From Mustelus asterias (Eukaryota), in NCBI RefSeq assembly GCF_964213995.1, contig NW_027590122.1, forward strand, positions 682,001-746,000: a stretch of 64,000 nt of DNA. The letters are read 5' to 3'. Of this stretch, positions 23,631 to 34,670 are shown one piece after another. The translations under genes were made by a program, and so were the position numbers. The notes beneath the pieces were generated by a model. It was not told the DNA's origin and searched no databases. It worked only from the letters and a program-made list of their open reading frames with translations. Every line of letters begins with the position of its first letter. Positions within the stretch are counted from its first letter, which is position 1.

Positions 23631-24239
23631 TCCCCAAAGATAATTCCAGCCCTGTCATGTGGAGAATACAGCCCATTCTGACTAATACTGGAGATGAAAT
23701 AACAGTGTCTTTACAAACCACAATGTTTGAGAAATTCAAGTAACCATTACCCTCCAGGGACTGTGAGCAGTTCTGATGACCCATTTCCACTCCTTTCTCT
23801 AAACTTGAGTCTACATTGAACAACATCTGGAACAGCAGCAATGACAAATCACGAACACTGAGCTGCCTCTGTGAGGGGAATTAGCATCTTCTGTAATTCC
23901 AGAACCAAGAGACACTGATTACCCAGGGATGTTGTTCTGTAATTTACACTATCCCCCAGCAGGGCTCTTCACCCAGGCTGACAAGAGGAATGGTGATATA
24001 TTTCAAAGTCTACCACTGCTCTGCCCATGTGACCAACCCAACTATATCTTGCTGCAACCTACGGCAGAGTGGGGTAGACTCTAAAAGGACCCTGGGTCTC
24101 TGGAATGCTCGTCCAGTAACAATCCCACCATGCACATTGGTAGATGTATCAGTTGGTTTAATAAATTTATATATTAACCCTGTAGTTCTGATCGTAATTG
24201 GATGACAAAATACAATTTTGTGTTGAAATTATTTCCTTC

Positions 24240-24545
24240 CCATGGCGGTGCTCTTACCCAGCATGCGCAGCGAGAGAGAATGTGCCGCATTGTCACAAGA
24301 GCAGCCGCTTGCGCAGGCGCAGTACCTGATTCCGAGTGGAGCATGCGCTCTGCGGATTCGGACTGGCCCATGCGCAATGTGGATGCTGGAGCTGCAGGGA
24401 GGCGGGGAAGTGGGTGCAGAGGCTTCAGAAACAGACCGGAAGGACACTTGTACTCCAGCCAATCAGTGGGTGGGCTTTGTGACACAGGAGGTTGAGCTTC
24501 ACACCGACTGAACCTTCTTCCTGTGTCCTACATCTGTGAGTAAAA
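24240..24545 (+). promoter_or_regulatory. CpG-island promoter and first exon of the ZNF promoter family, with no ZNF coding exon downstream
   Basis: Several NRF1-like GCATGCGC/GCGCAGGCGCA motifs, ETS ACCGGAAG, CCAAT (24459). Donor catct|gtgagtaaaac matches the minus-strand donor at ~5990. Confidence 0.65.
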
Positions 24546-24571
24546 CAGTTTGTTTGTGTTGCAGATAAAGT

Positions 24572-24893
24572 CATGATGTAGAGATGCCGGCGTTGGACTG
24601 GGGTGAACACAGTAAGAAGTCTCACAACACCAGGTTAAAGTCCAACAGGTTTATTTGGTAGCAAATACCATAAGCTTTCGGAGCGCTGCTCCTTCATCAG
24701 ATGGAGTGGAAATGTGCTCTCAAACAGTGCAAAGAGACACAAAATCAAGTTGCAGAATACTGATTAGAATGCGAATCCCTACAGCCAGCCAGGTCTTAAA
24801 GGTACAGACAATGTGGATGGAGGGAGCATTAAACACAGGTTAAAGAGATGTGTATTGTCTTCAGACAGAGGTTGTTCTGTCTGGAGACAATAC
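24572..24893 (-). mobile_element. Penelope family 1 3' end and pLTR with an intact minimal hammerhead
   Basis: Homologous to 6790-7078. An 18-bp inverted repeat (gtattgtcttcagacaga / tctgtctggagacaatac) sits at the 5'-truncation junction. Confidence 0.8.
24668..24704 (-). ncRNA. Minimal hammerhead ribozyme motif (PLE type)
   Basis: Minus strand reads CCAU-CUGAUGA-A-GGAGC-AGC-GCUCC-GAA-AGCU-U-AUGG. Stem I is CCAU/AUGG, stem II is 5 bp, and palindromic AGCU replaces stem III. Confidence 0.7.
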
Positions 24894-25416
24894 AAAATAT
24901 TGGTAAGGCCACAGTTGGAATACTTTGTGCAGTTCTGGTCACCCTATTATAGGAAGGGTATTATTAATCTTGAAAGAGTGCAGAAAAGATTTACTCGGAT
25001 GCTACCGGGACTTGATGGTTTAAATTATAATGAGTGGTTGGATAGATTGGGGCTTTTCATTTCTGGAGCGTAGGAGGCTGAGTGGTGATCTTACAGAGGC
25101 GCATAGATCAGCTTGATAGTAAATATATTTTCCCAAAGGTAGGGGAGCCTGAAATGAGAGGGCATAAGTTTAAGGTGAGAGGGGAGAGATATAAAGGGGT
25201 CCAGAGGGGTAATTCTTTCACACAGAGGGTGGTGAATGTCTGGAACAAGCTGCCAGATAGTCTTTTAAAAAGCGCATAGAGAGTTGCATGGCTATTGAGG
25301 GTAATGGGCCAAACACGGGCAATTAGGACGAGCTTTGTCGTTAAAAAGGGCGGCATGGACATGTTGGGCCGAAGGGCCTGTTTGCATGCTTATACCTCTG
25401 TGACTCTATGACTCTA
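24893..25416 (+). mobile_element. CR1 3' fragment
   Basis: LVRPQLEYFVQFWSPYY..ERVQKRFTRMLPG, followed by an (actctatg) tail. Confidence 0.9.
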
Positions 25417-26444
25417 TTTCACCTTCCTGATTCTCCCAGATACTGATTCCAGATGAGTCAGCCTCCGATTTAAATGGATGAAGGAGATATCATTATGCTG
25501 TGTTGTAAAATGCGATTGGCTGAGCAACTTGTCAGGAATTATTATTGATGTATGTTTACTGAACGTAATTGATTCTTAAACTAATATGAGGTCGGAACGA
25601 TCGGTACGAAAATCTATAATTGATCTGTTATTGATGGTACACGTTAGATGCATCGGAAAGATCCTGCCGCTCTGTTCCAGAGCTACTTAACCCTTTTGGT
25701 CATCTCCAAGCAGTTGCTTGTTGTGTTTTTGTTTTAAATAAATGTTCCGTCCTTACACAGAGATATCTGCCATGTGAGTTTTATATTGTCTGTAGTTAAA
25801 TACAGTATTGGTCATCTCAAATTATCCCATAGCACTCGCCTTAATTTGGAAATTTGTAATCTATTATGTGCTTATGTGAAATGCACCTCAGTCTCTTGGT
25901 TTCACCTCATGGTTTGCACCTCTGCTCTGTATGTGTTCTCTATCTAGCTTGTGGCATGTCTGCCTTGTAAGTACTTCATCGGACGAAATATAGAGAGATT
26001 CACACTGTTAACCCACGCTGCAGCGACACTGATAGTTTTTTTAAGGGGCAGTGTAAAGGAAACTATCTTCTGCCACACACTGTCCTGCATCGGCCTCTGA
26101 TGAAACAGAGCCTTTGCTTTTTTGAATTACCTGAAACTCGGTCAGTGACAGACCAGTTTATGAGTGAAATCACCGCGGTTCTCCCCGTTCTTCACTCGCT
26201 CTGTCCCTGGATTTTATCATAAAAAGGCAGAGATGAAGGTGTCTTTATACGGGTTGGCCACTGGGTGGCGCAGTGACTCTTTCACTGAACGGCCTTGAGT
26301 TCAAACACATCCCGCACAGAACTGGGGGAACAGACATGTCTGGGAAAGAGGGGAAACCGTATAATATGGAATATGGGGCGGAGTTGATGGGCTTTGGAAA
26401 ACGGAATTAAGCCAAGCCAGAGATGGTTAAATTTTCATTCAATA

Positions 26445-26450
26445 TTTATT
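26445..26450 (-). terminator. Probable polyadenylation signal of membrane IgM mRNA
   Basis: AATAAA on the minus strand ~450 nt after the TM2 stop. Confidence 0.55.
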
Positions 26451-26902
26451 TTAAAAATTCAGAGAATATTTTACAGCGACATTAGTTTTTAAAGTTAGAA
26501 AAGTGAATTTAACGATCGAGCTTCACATTGAGAACACAACACATGCACAGGGAATCCGTCAATATTTGTACATCTGTTACACACACCAGAAAGAGAAAAC
26601 AGGACCTTAATAGAAAGAGGAATTAACAAATATGGATAAGGAATGAGAAAAGCTTCTTATTTATACATGATATTTAAACTATGGGGAAACTGTTAACCAC
26701 AATTACATTATAACAAAAAATGCCTCGTGCTTTTCACTCTGAAAACTGAAATACCGTCTACGATTGTCTCAGTTACAGATTCAGAATGATAAACTGAGAG
26801 AATTTTACTGATAGAGTCACCGAGAGCAGATATTGTATTTGTGTCATACGGAGATCATAATAATCAGCTGAGGGAAATCTGCAGCTTCCAAAATTCAACC
26901 CA

Positions 26903-26911
26903 TCACTTGAT
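26903..26911 (-). CDS. IGHM: IgM TM2 exon (IK-stop, giving a KIK cytoplasmic tail)
   Basis: Polypyrimidine acceptor tctttcttttacag|ATC AAG TGA, 140 nt after the TM1 donor. Confidence 0.85.
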   Translation of the reverse strand: MK

Positions 26912-27051
26912 CTGTAAAAGAAAGATACAATAATGAAGCAGATATTTATGATGCGGGACATTAAAGTTAGAGTTTTTAATCAGTGGAACATTGAGAGATT
27001 TTTCAAATCCATTCTGTCAGTTTGATATGTGAGTGCATTCAATCATCTCAC

Positions 27052-27179
27052 CTTCACCAGAGTGACTGCAGTGCTGTAGAAAATGCTCAGGAAGAACAGG
27101 ACAATGAATGTGGAAGCCGTTGTCCAGATGTTACTGTTATCATCCTCATTGTCTTCAATCCAGATGCGGTCGGTGGAGT
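27052..27179 (-). CDS. IGHM: IgM TM1 exon
   Basis: ctag|(D)STDRIWIEDNEDDNSNIWTTASTFIVLFFLSIFYSTAVTLVK|gtgaga. Contains the conserved antigen-receptor TM motif (W.TASTF..LF.LS..YS..VT). Confidence 0.95.
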
Positions 27180-28052
27180 CTAGGGGACGGAGACCAGGAG
27201 AGGAAATTAGATTACTTTATTTATCCAGGTAATCTTATTGTTATTTTTCTTTTCCCCGTTCTCCTTTTTAAACTGTTCATTTATTCTTGAACTTAATTTT
27301 CAATGTATACCTACTCTTAAGCTCAGGACACTCAGTAACCAATCTCCGTAACTATTTTCACACCTGATCTTTATTGACATTCCTTGGACAGTCCATGTCA
27401 GAAAGCACTGAAGGTGTTTTCTTGAAAATCAGTTGATTTTTTGACAATTCGGAACTATCCCTTATTGAAGAATATTATCACTGATATCGAGGAACGTTCA
27501 CTGATCAATGATTGTTTTCACAGATGGTTACTGATCTGTAAACTGTGAATGTTGTTGTTTAAGAGTTGGGATGTAATTTCCGATCTGTGCTTCTTTATGG
27601 TGGAAATGTTTCGTAGATCGTGAGCTTAATTCAGTTTCTCAACGTGTTTATCTGTTCATTGTACATTGGGATAATAAATCTGTGGATATCTCCATTAAAA
27701 AGTCACGTTTAAATTGTACTTTCATCATTTGCCTACCGTTTGTATTGAAGATTTTGCATTTGTGTGCGTGTGCATGAGCATCTCGTGCTCTGCATTAATC
27801 TTTGGCTCTGAGTTAATATGTGATTATGAGTGTTAATGTGCGCCTACATTTGCCAGTGATTGTTGATTTGTGTAGTTGTGTGTCTGCATCTGTGCGCATA
27901 TTTTATTCTTTTGTCATTGTGTATATATGACTCTATTATTGTGTGAAGTCTATGAATATATATTAATGCCACTATTAATGCGTGCACATGTGTTTATGCC
28001 TATTGCTATGTGTTGATTTCTGTCACTCTAATAATGTTTGTTTCCCTTTCTG

Positions 28053-28181
28053 TGGAGTTGCCGGCGTTGGACTGGGGTCGGCACAGTAAGTAGTCTCACA
28101 ACACCAGGTTAAAGTCCAACAGGTTTATTTGGTTACACGAGCTTTCGGAGCGTTGCCCCTTCATCAGGTGACTACTTACTG
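28053..28181 (-). mobile_element. Solo Penelope family 1 pLTR with short inverted tail and TSD
   Basis: TSD tgtttccctttctg(tg) at 28039 and 28180. Bases 28170-28181 are the reverse complement of 28084-28095. Confidence 0.85.
28136..28170 (-). ncRNA. Minimal hammerhead ribozyme motif (PLE type), sense to IgM pre-mRNA
   Basis: Minus strand reads CAC-CUGAUGA-A-GGGGC-AAC-GCUCC-GAA-AGCU-C-GUG. Confidence 0.7.
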
Positions 28182-28759
28182 TTTCCCTTTCTGTGTGCGT
28201 CTGTTTCTCCATGTGTCTGTGTGCACGCCTGTTAACATGTCAGTGTATGTATACACGTGTTGACATTCTTTATAACGGTGTGTTGATGTTTATTTGTGTT
28301 TCGATGTGTAGTAATGTGTGCTATGGTGTTCTGTTCTATGAGCATGTTAATGTTTGCGTCTACATGTTTGTGTGTAAATGTTTTGCTGTCTGTTCTTCTG
28401 TATGCAGTCTGGTGATTTGTTTATATGTATTTCCATATATGTTTGTGAATGTGTATAACATTGTGTGTCTTTATATCTATATTCCTATCAGCGTGAACGT
28501 GTGCTAATATATGTATTTATTTGAGTCTAAGTATGTGCTTGTGTATTTATGTGGGTCTGCATGCGTGTGTATCTGTCTGTATTGTGTCTATGCATGTATG
28601 TGTTTGTGTTTGGGTCTGTACCTACTCACGTATGTGTATGTGTATGTACTTGTGTGTTTCATGTGTACATGTGTGCGTTTGTACATATTTGATTATGTGT
28701 GTGTATGTTGTTGTTTTAGTGTCTGTTTGTACAAGAGCGCGTGTCTATGTGTTCGTATG

Positions 28760-29171
28760 TGAGTTTAGAAGGATGAGGGGTGATCTTATAGAGACATATA
28801 AGACAATGAAGGGGCTGGATAGGGTAAAGGTGGAGAGATTCTTTCCACTTAGAAGGGAAACCAGAACTAGAGGGCACAGCCTCAAAATAAGGGGGGGCCG
28901 GTTCAGAACAGAATTGAGGGGGAACTTCTTCTCTCAGAGGGTAGTGAATCTCTGGAATTCTCTGCCCATTGAAGTGGTGGAGGCTTCCTCGTTGAATATG
29001 TTTAAATCACGGGTAGATAGTTTTCTGATCTATAAGGGAATCAGGGGATATGGGGAGCAAGCGGGTAAGTGGAACTGATTCGCTTCAGATCAGCCATGAT
29101 CTTGTTGAATGGCGGGGCAGGCTCGAAGGGCCAGATGGCCTACTCCTGCTCCTATTTCTTATGTTCTTATG
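28760..29171 (+). mobile_element. CR1 3' fragment
   Basis: EFRRMRGDLIETYK..FFSQRVVNLWNSLP, followed by a (ttcttatg) tail. Confidence 0.92.
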
Positions 29172-30751
29172 TGTGTGTGTGTGCGTGTGTGTGTGTGAGA
29201 GAGAGAGAGAATGGGTGTGTCCCTATGTATATTTGTGTACGGATGTGTTTGTGTATGGGTGTATTTTTGTGTGGGTGTAATTGTTGTGTAAGTGTGTATT
29301 TTTGTTTGTGCATGGTTTGCCCATGAGTGCATTTGTGTGTGCATTCTTGTTTCTCTGCATGTGTGTTCGTCTGTGCAAGTATTGAGTGTACCTATGGTGT
29401 GTGAAAGTGTATCTGTTGTGTATTTGTGTGTTTCTGTGTCTGTATTTGAATGTGCCTGTCCCTATTTCTGTATATGTATGTGTGTGGGGGTATATGCATG
29501 CGTTTGTGTGTGTATATTTACATGTGTCTTTCTGTATTTGTGTGCATATGTGTGAGTATGTGTATTTGTGTGTGTAGTTGTGCATTTGTGTCGATGTGTG
29601 TGTGTGTATGTGTGTGAGTGTGAGTGTGTGTGTGCGCTTATGTGTGTATTTATAATTGTGACAGTTTTGTGGAGTATTGTCAGTGTGTGTATTTTTTAGC
29701 TGTTGCTCCAAGTTTCACCGCAATCATTAACTAAAAATGATCCAAACAATACGAATAATGGAGCATATTTTCAATATTTTGCTGTATGAATGTAGTTTAT
29801 GTGAGTGGCACGGTGATATCAGGAGAAAGAATGAAATCATTCATTGATGCATCTCAGAAACATCAGGGACAGAACAGTAAAAACCAAGGAAGATTCAATC
29901 ATTTGTTTCAATTTGCATTATGGGAAATCAATGCCAGGACATGATTAACAGGAACAAGAGTGGAGAAACATTTTAAAATTATGTTGCATAAGTATATATG
30001 CATCACATTGATTAAGATAATGATACTTCAAACTCTGCAGCAAATAAACCAGAAGCTAATTTATACTGTTGGCAACTGGGTTCTTCTTGTAGAGAGCTGG
30101 TCCCTTCCAAACACGTTACTTGCGAAGAGGGAGGGAGTGAGCTCATAATTTCCCTCTCTCTACCCGGTGAAGCAATGTGCCTGATGGTTCTAACCACTGA
30201 CGAGGTGGAGGTACAGTGGATTAAATAAGGCCATTCCTCCTCTTTTCATTGAGGAAGTGATGGTACATGGGTTAGCTACTGCTCTCCCCTCTCTTTGTTG
30301 GGTGAGTAGGAATCTGGTATGTTCACAATTTCACTCTCCCCTTTCTCTGATGGGGGGATTGTTGCCCCATGTTTCTGTGTGACCCTCACTTCAGTTCCCA
30401 GTGGGTGTGGTGCAGCAGCTTAAAGCTGACATCAATGGTAAAGGCATGGACAACGAGAGAAGCAGGAACACCGAGATCTAAATTGTGTTTGTTTGTCAGA
30501 AATGTTCAAATTGTCAGATTTCTCCTCAGTGGGAGGAAAGTCGATGAAGATATTTTGCAGAATACTGTAATGAAAGTGCTCTACTCTGTCTCTAACACAG
30601 GGTGTATCTGAGCTGGGTGCACTGGTTCAACAAGGCTTGGGCCCGAGACGTGAAAATACCTGACTCAAACCAAAGATACATAGTGGAAGTAAAATTGAAA
30701 ACCAATCAATTAAGCAATTGGGTATTTCATTTATCGTTGGAGGAAAAAGAT

Positions 30752-30766
30752 TTTATTCTTTTTATT
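30752..30766 (-). terminator. Tandem polyadenylation signals of secreted IgM mRNA
   Basis: AATAAA on the minus strand at 30761-30766 and 30752-30757, ~30 nt after the secretory stop. Confidence 0.8.
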
Positions 30767-30793
30767 GAAGTTTTTAATGTAACCGAGTGATTC

Positions 30794-31185
30794 TCATTGA
30801 CATGAATTAACGGTGTCCATCAGTGCAAGGGAAATGTTCACAAAACTGGGTTTACCGCTGGATTTGTCAACTGTTCTGTTGATGATCTTCAAGGGGATGG
30901 CTTCATGTCCCACCACACAGGAGTAAGAAGCGCCGCTGGACCATTCCTCTGCTGCAATGGATAACAGGCTGTACATGAAGAAGGAGCTATTCCCGCTCTC
31001 CGCGACCACCTCGGTGTTCCTGTAGTTCCCAGGATTCACCGGCTTGTCGTTGACGGTCCACTTGACGAAGATCTCTCGCGGGGAGAAACGTCTCACTAAG
31101 CAGCTGAGGGAGACGAATCTCTGAGCGGAGACTTCTTCTGTCGAGGGCAGGAGGACAGAGACGAACGGTTCCCGCGGATTTGAAT
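30794..31185 (-). CDS. IGHM: IgM Cmu4 exon plus secretory tailpiece (internal donor at 30856 for the membrane form)
   Basis: tgcag|(D)[78 protein letters not shown]. The tailpiece has an NIS sequon and a penultimate Cys. Internal donor G|GTAAAC. Confidence 0.97.
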
Positions 31186-31683
31186 CTGCAGAAAATGTAC
31201 AATAAATGTCAATAAACTGGAGAATTCCGGAGAGAATGTAACCACTGGCTCGATATCAGAAAAATGTGCTTCGTTTCGATTTTCAATGTTTCCATTTTTG
31301 ACTTCCAGTTTGGAGCAGAGGTGAACACAATTATTTTCTCAAATAACTCAGGGGGCTGGACTGGGAAGTTTCAGAAATTTTACATCACAGAATCAGGCTC
31401 TTCGGCCCAACTGATCGACTTTATTTTTGGTTTTCTGGTTTTTATGCTCCACATCAGGCTCCTCCCTCCTTATTCGATCTAAACCCAATAACATCGCCTT
31501 CAGTTCACTTTTCATTCATCAACACATCAAATTTCCCCGTAAAAATATCTACAACCAGTTTTTAGTTAGTGGAGTTTGCACTCAGGGGAGACCATTAATG
31601 CACTGAATACTGAATATTGACCAGTCCACTTACACTGGAAATAGACACAGTGACGCATTTATTGCTTCAATCTCTCAGCTCAC

Positions 31684-31992
31684 CTGTTTCCTTGTGGATG
31701 GATTTTCTTAAAGGAGTCGGCAGATCCTGATGGCTCACCACGCAGTCAAACACAGCCGCACTCAGCCAGGCTTGTGTCGAGATGTTTAAGTTGCTGACCA
31801 CGCTGTCAGGATCCGCTCCAGGCTTTTCGGCAATCTCTGATTTCAAATACTTCCTGTCTCGGATCCAGGACACGTTGACTCCATAAGGAGCATTAGAAAT
31901 TATGCAGGTTAAGGTCACGGTCGCCTCCAGTAAGACCTGTTCTATTGGTGGTGGCTGTATCGTCACTGTGGTATCAGGGCACTGGGGAGGAT
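31684..31992 (-). CDS. IGHM: IgM Cmu3 exon
   Basis: cacag|(D)[52 protein letters not shown]|gtgagc. 309 nt, phase 1/1. Confidence 0.96.
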
Positions 31993-32439
31993 CTGTGAAT
32001 GAAAAATGAAAATCAACCCGAGTTCCCTCTTCAGAAGCAGGACAGCAGTCTTCAGCCTGAAGGAGACGAAGTTGCCTTCGATATATCAACCTCTAACTAT
32101 CACCTTTCAACCTCTCTGGAGGATGGAAAACCAGCCTGCTCTGTGAAATTATTCTCTTTTTGTTCAAGTATTTTAGCAGCGGTATCATTCTCATGAATCA
32201 ACATTGCAGTATTCCCCAACAAATATACCATTCCTGAACTCAGGAACCAAGTACTGGCAGTTAGTTTATAAGTAGGGTGGATACACTTCCCAATATTTTA
32301 CCCCTATGCTGTGACCTGTGAAACAGTCCGACACCGACTGTCTCTCCAAATCTTACCAGCTGTCTCAGGAAAAAGCTGACATCAAGACCACCTCGCTTAC
32401 TATATTACTTCAAAATGGAAGGGAACACTATTTCAAGGG

Positions 32440-32720
32440 GAGACAGTGGCATGGTGGTGTTGCCAATGGTCTTGTAACCCAGGGCACGACTCTGGGGACA
32501 CAGATTCGAATCTCACCACTGCAGATGGTGAAATTTGAATTTAGTAAAAATCTTTCATTAAAAGTCAAATGATCATCATGAAGCCATTGTTGTAAAAACC
32601 CACCTGGTTCACGAATGCCCTTTAGAAAAGTAAATCTGCTGTCTTTATCTGGCCTGGCATGCATGTGACTCCAGATCCACAGCAATGTGGTTGACACTTA
32701 AGTGCCCTCATATCTCATGA
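32440..32720 (+). mobile_element. Second tRNA-derived SINE family (related copies near 13480, 21650, 49230 and 61930)
   Basis: B-box-like gattcgaatctcaccac. Shared body cagatggtgaaatttgaatt..ctggttcac..aatctgctgtc..acagcaatgtggttg. Confidence 0.65.
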
Positions 32721-32893
32721 AGGAATAACAAAAATTGCTGTTGTGATGAAATTCTGAATGGAGCACTGTCCTAATGCAGCAAACCACATGACAGTAAATT
32801 AGAAGTTGTTCTATCTTTGTACTAACTTTAATAGATCCCTAATTTCGATTAACATCGAAATTATATATTTTATCCTCGGTTTGAGTCTCTTAC

Positions 32894-33205
32894 CCAGAGA
32901 TCCGCTGATGTTCTGAATCTGGGTGAATTCTTGATGAGTGACCTGGCAGGTATAGACCACTTTGCTGAACCATTCCTGAGCGGAGACTGTCAGCCGACTG
33001 CTGGCCGAGAAGTTCCCATTCACTTCACAGGCGGGAGAGGTGACAATTCCTGAATCCATGAGTTGTCCATTCTTCAGCCACTTCACCGTCATTGACTTTG
33101 GCTGGAAATCGATGATTGAACAGACGATGGTTGCAAATTTTCTGGTGGTGATTTCTTCACTGGAACTCACGGTGAGGATAACGGTTGGGCGGAGAACGCG
33201 TGGGC
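32894..33205 (-). CDS. IGHM: IgM Cmu2 exon
   Basis: gaag|(C)[57 protein letters not shown]|gtaaga. 312 nt. Confidence 0.96.
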
Positions 33206-33299
33206 CTTCAACAAACAAATGTTCAGACGTTACTTGAAGATTCAATTGACAACAATTAAAATTAGTTCTTTTATTTTAGCACCATCGCTGCCGATTTGA

Positions 33300-33995
33300 G
33301 AATTATATCCATGGTTTGGTTGAATTGGCAGGGAAATGGCGAATGGAATTCAACCGTCAAAAGTGCCACACAATGCATTTAGGGAGGGAAAACAACGCAA
33401 GGCAATAAACTAGAATGTTAAGAGGGATTGAGGAAATACAAGACCTTAGAGTGCACGTCCACAGGTCCTTGTAGATGGTAGGGCAGCTGGAAAAGTTGAT
33501 CAAGAAAGCATATCGGATTAGTTCCTCTATTATGTGAGGGATTGAATACAAAAACAGTGGTGTAATGATGGAGCTGTATAAAACCGAGTTAGGCCACGTT
33601 TGGAGTTTGCTGTACAGTTCTGGTCACCACGTTGCAGGAATGATGTAATGACTCTGGAGAGAGATGAGGTTTACAAGAATGTTGCCAGGGCCTGAAAATT
33701 GCAGCCATGAGGCGAGATTGGATAGGGAGGGGTTGTTCTCCTCAGAAAAAGAGGAGGCTGAGGCATGATGTAGGCAGAAATAATTCATTCCCCAAGTGGA
33801 GGGCTCAATTACCAGGGAGCATGCTCATTTAAAAGGTATCTGGGTCTGGATCTCGAGTGCTTTAACCTGCAAGGCTACAGGGCAAGGGCTGGAAAATGGG
33901 CTGAAAATGACTGGATAGTTTATTTGTTCTCCATTTTGGCTAGTACAGATATGATGGGCTAAATGGCCTCCTTCTGTACAGTAACATTTCTATGG
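33300..33995 (+). mobile_element. Degenerate CR1 3' fragment in the Cmu1-Cmu2 intron
   Basis: Remnants of WRMEFN, LYKT.VRP, QFWSP and the CR1 3' UTR. Confidence 0.75.
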
Positions 33996-34147
33996 CCCTC
34001 TGGTTCTGAGCAACTTTTCAGTCAGTAGACACTTACCTGGATTTTGCACAATTCCAATTTTTCGGAGTGCTACAGATCAGTTATAACTAAAGCCTTATAC
34101 AGTTCAATCACAGCGTCCCTGTCTTTCCCAGGTTCCACAACACTTAC

Positions 34148-34441
34148 ATTGCATTCCAATGCTCTTGACTGAGCCGCTGTGTCGAACCTCACAGGCAATT
34201 TTGGGGCATTCTGACTCGGTGATGGTTAACTGGCTGCTCAGGGTATAGGTTCCCTTCGTGTTTCTCACTGACGGGTAAGTCTTAAACCCATTGGTGATCG
34301 GCTGCCCATTTTTCTTCCAGGTCAGTTTGGAGACATCTGGAGAGTAGTCCATCGCCAAACAGCCGTAGGTGATGGAGCCGTCGGGGTTGTGTTGCTGACA
34401 GGAGGAGACCAGGCTGTAGAGAGTGGGCGGAGACGGTGTCG
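34148..34441 (-). CDS. IGHM: IgM Cmu1 exon
   Basis: cccag|(A)[72 protein letters not shown]|gtaagt. 294 nt, very similar to known shark Cmu1. Confidence 0.97.
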
Positions 34442-34519
34442 CTGGGAAAGAATAGTCGATTGAACAAGTTAGACTCTTGCGTTTATTAAGTCATCAAACA
34501 TGTTTTTACAATTATGTTT

Positions 34520-34670
34520 CTATATTAGATAAAGCTCTTGGGGCTAAAGGGATCAAGGGATATGGGTAGTAGGTGTGATCAGGATATTGATGAGCTCTGA
34601 CCAAAGTGAATGGCGGAGCAGGCTCAAAGGGCCGAATGGTCTACTCCTGCTTTATTTTCTATGTTTCTAT
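34520..34670 (+). mobile_element. CR1 3' UTR fragment
   Basis: aaagggatcaagggatatggg..ggccgaatgg..ttctatgtttctat. Confidence 0.75.

Larger units (their letters stand above)
27760..29690. repeat. Degenerate (TG)/(TA)-rich low-complexity tract, interrupted by Penelope and CR1 insertions
   Basis: Visible TG-dinucleotide composition. The C/V/Y-rich ORFs here are compositional artefacts. Confidence 0.85.

Noticed and set aside
30794-34441. IgW or IgNAR identity, or a germline-joined cluster
   Set aside because: Four C exons and the tailpiece match shark IgM. V, D1, D2 and J are separate with intact RSSs.
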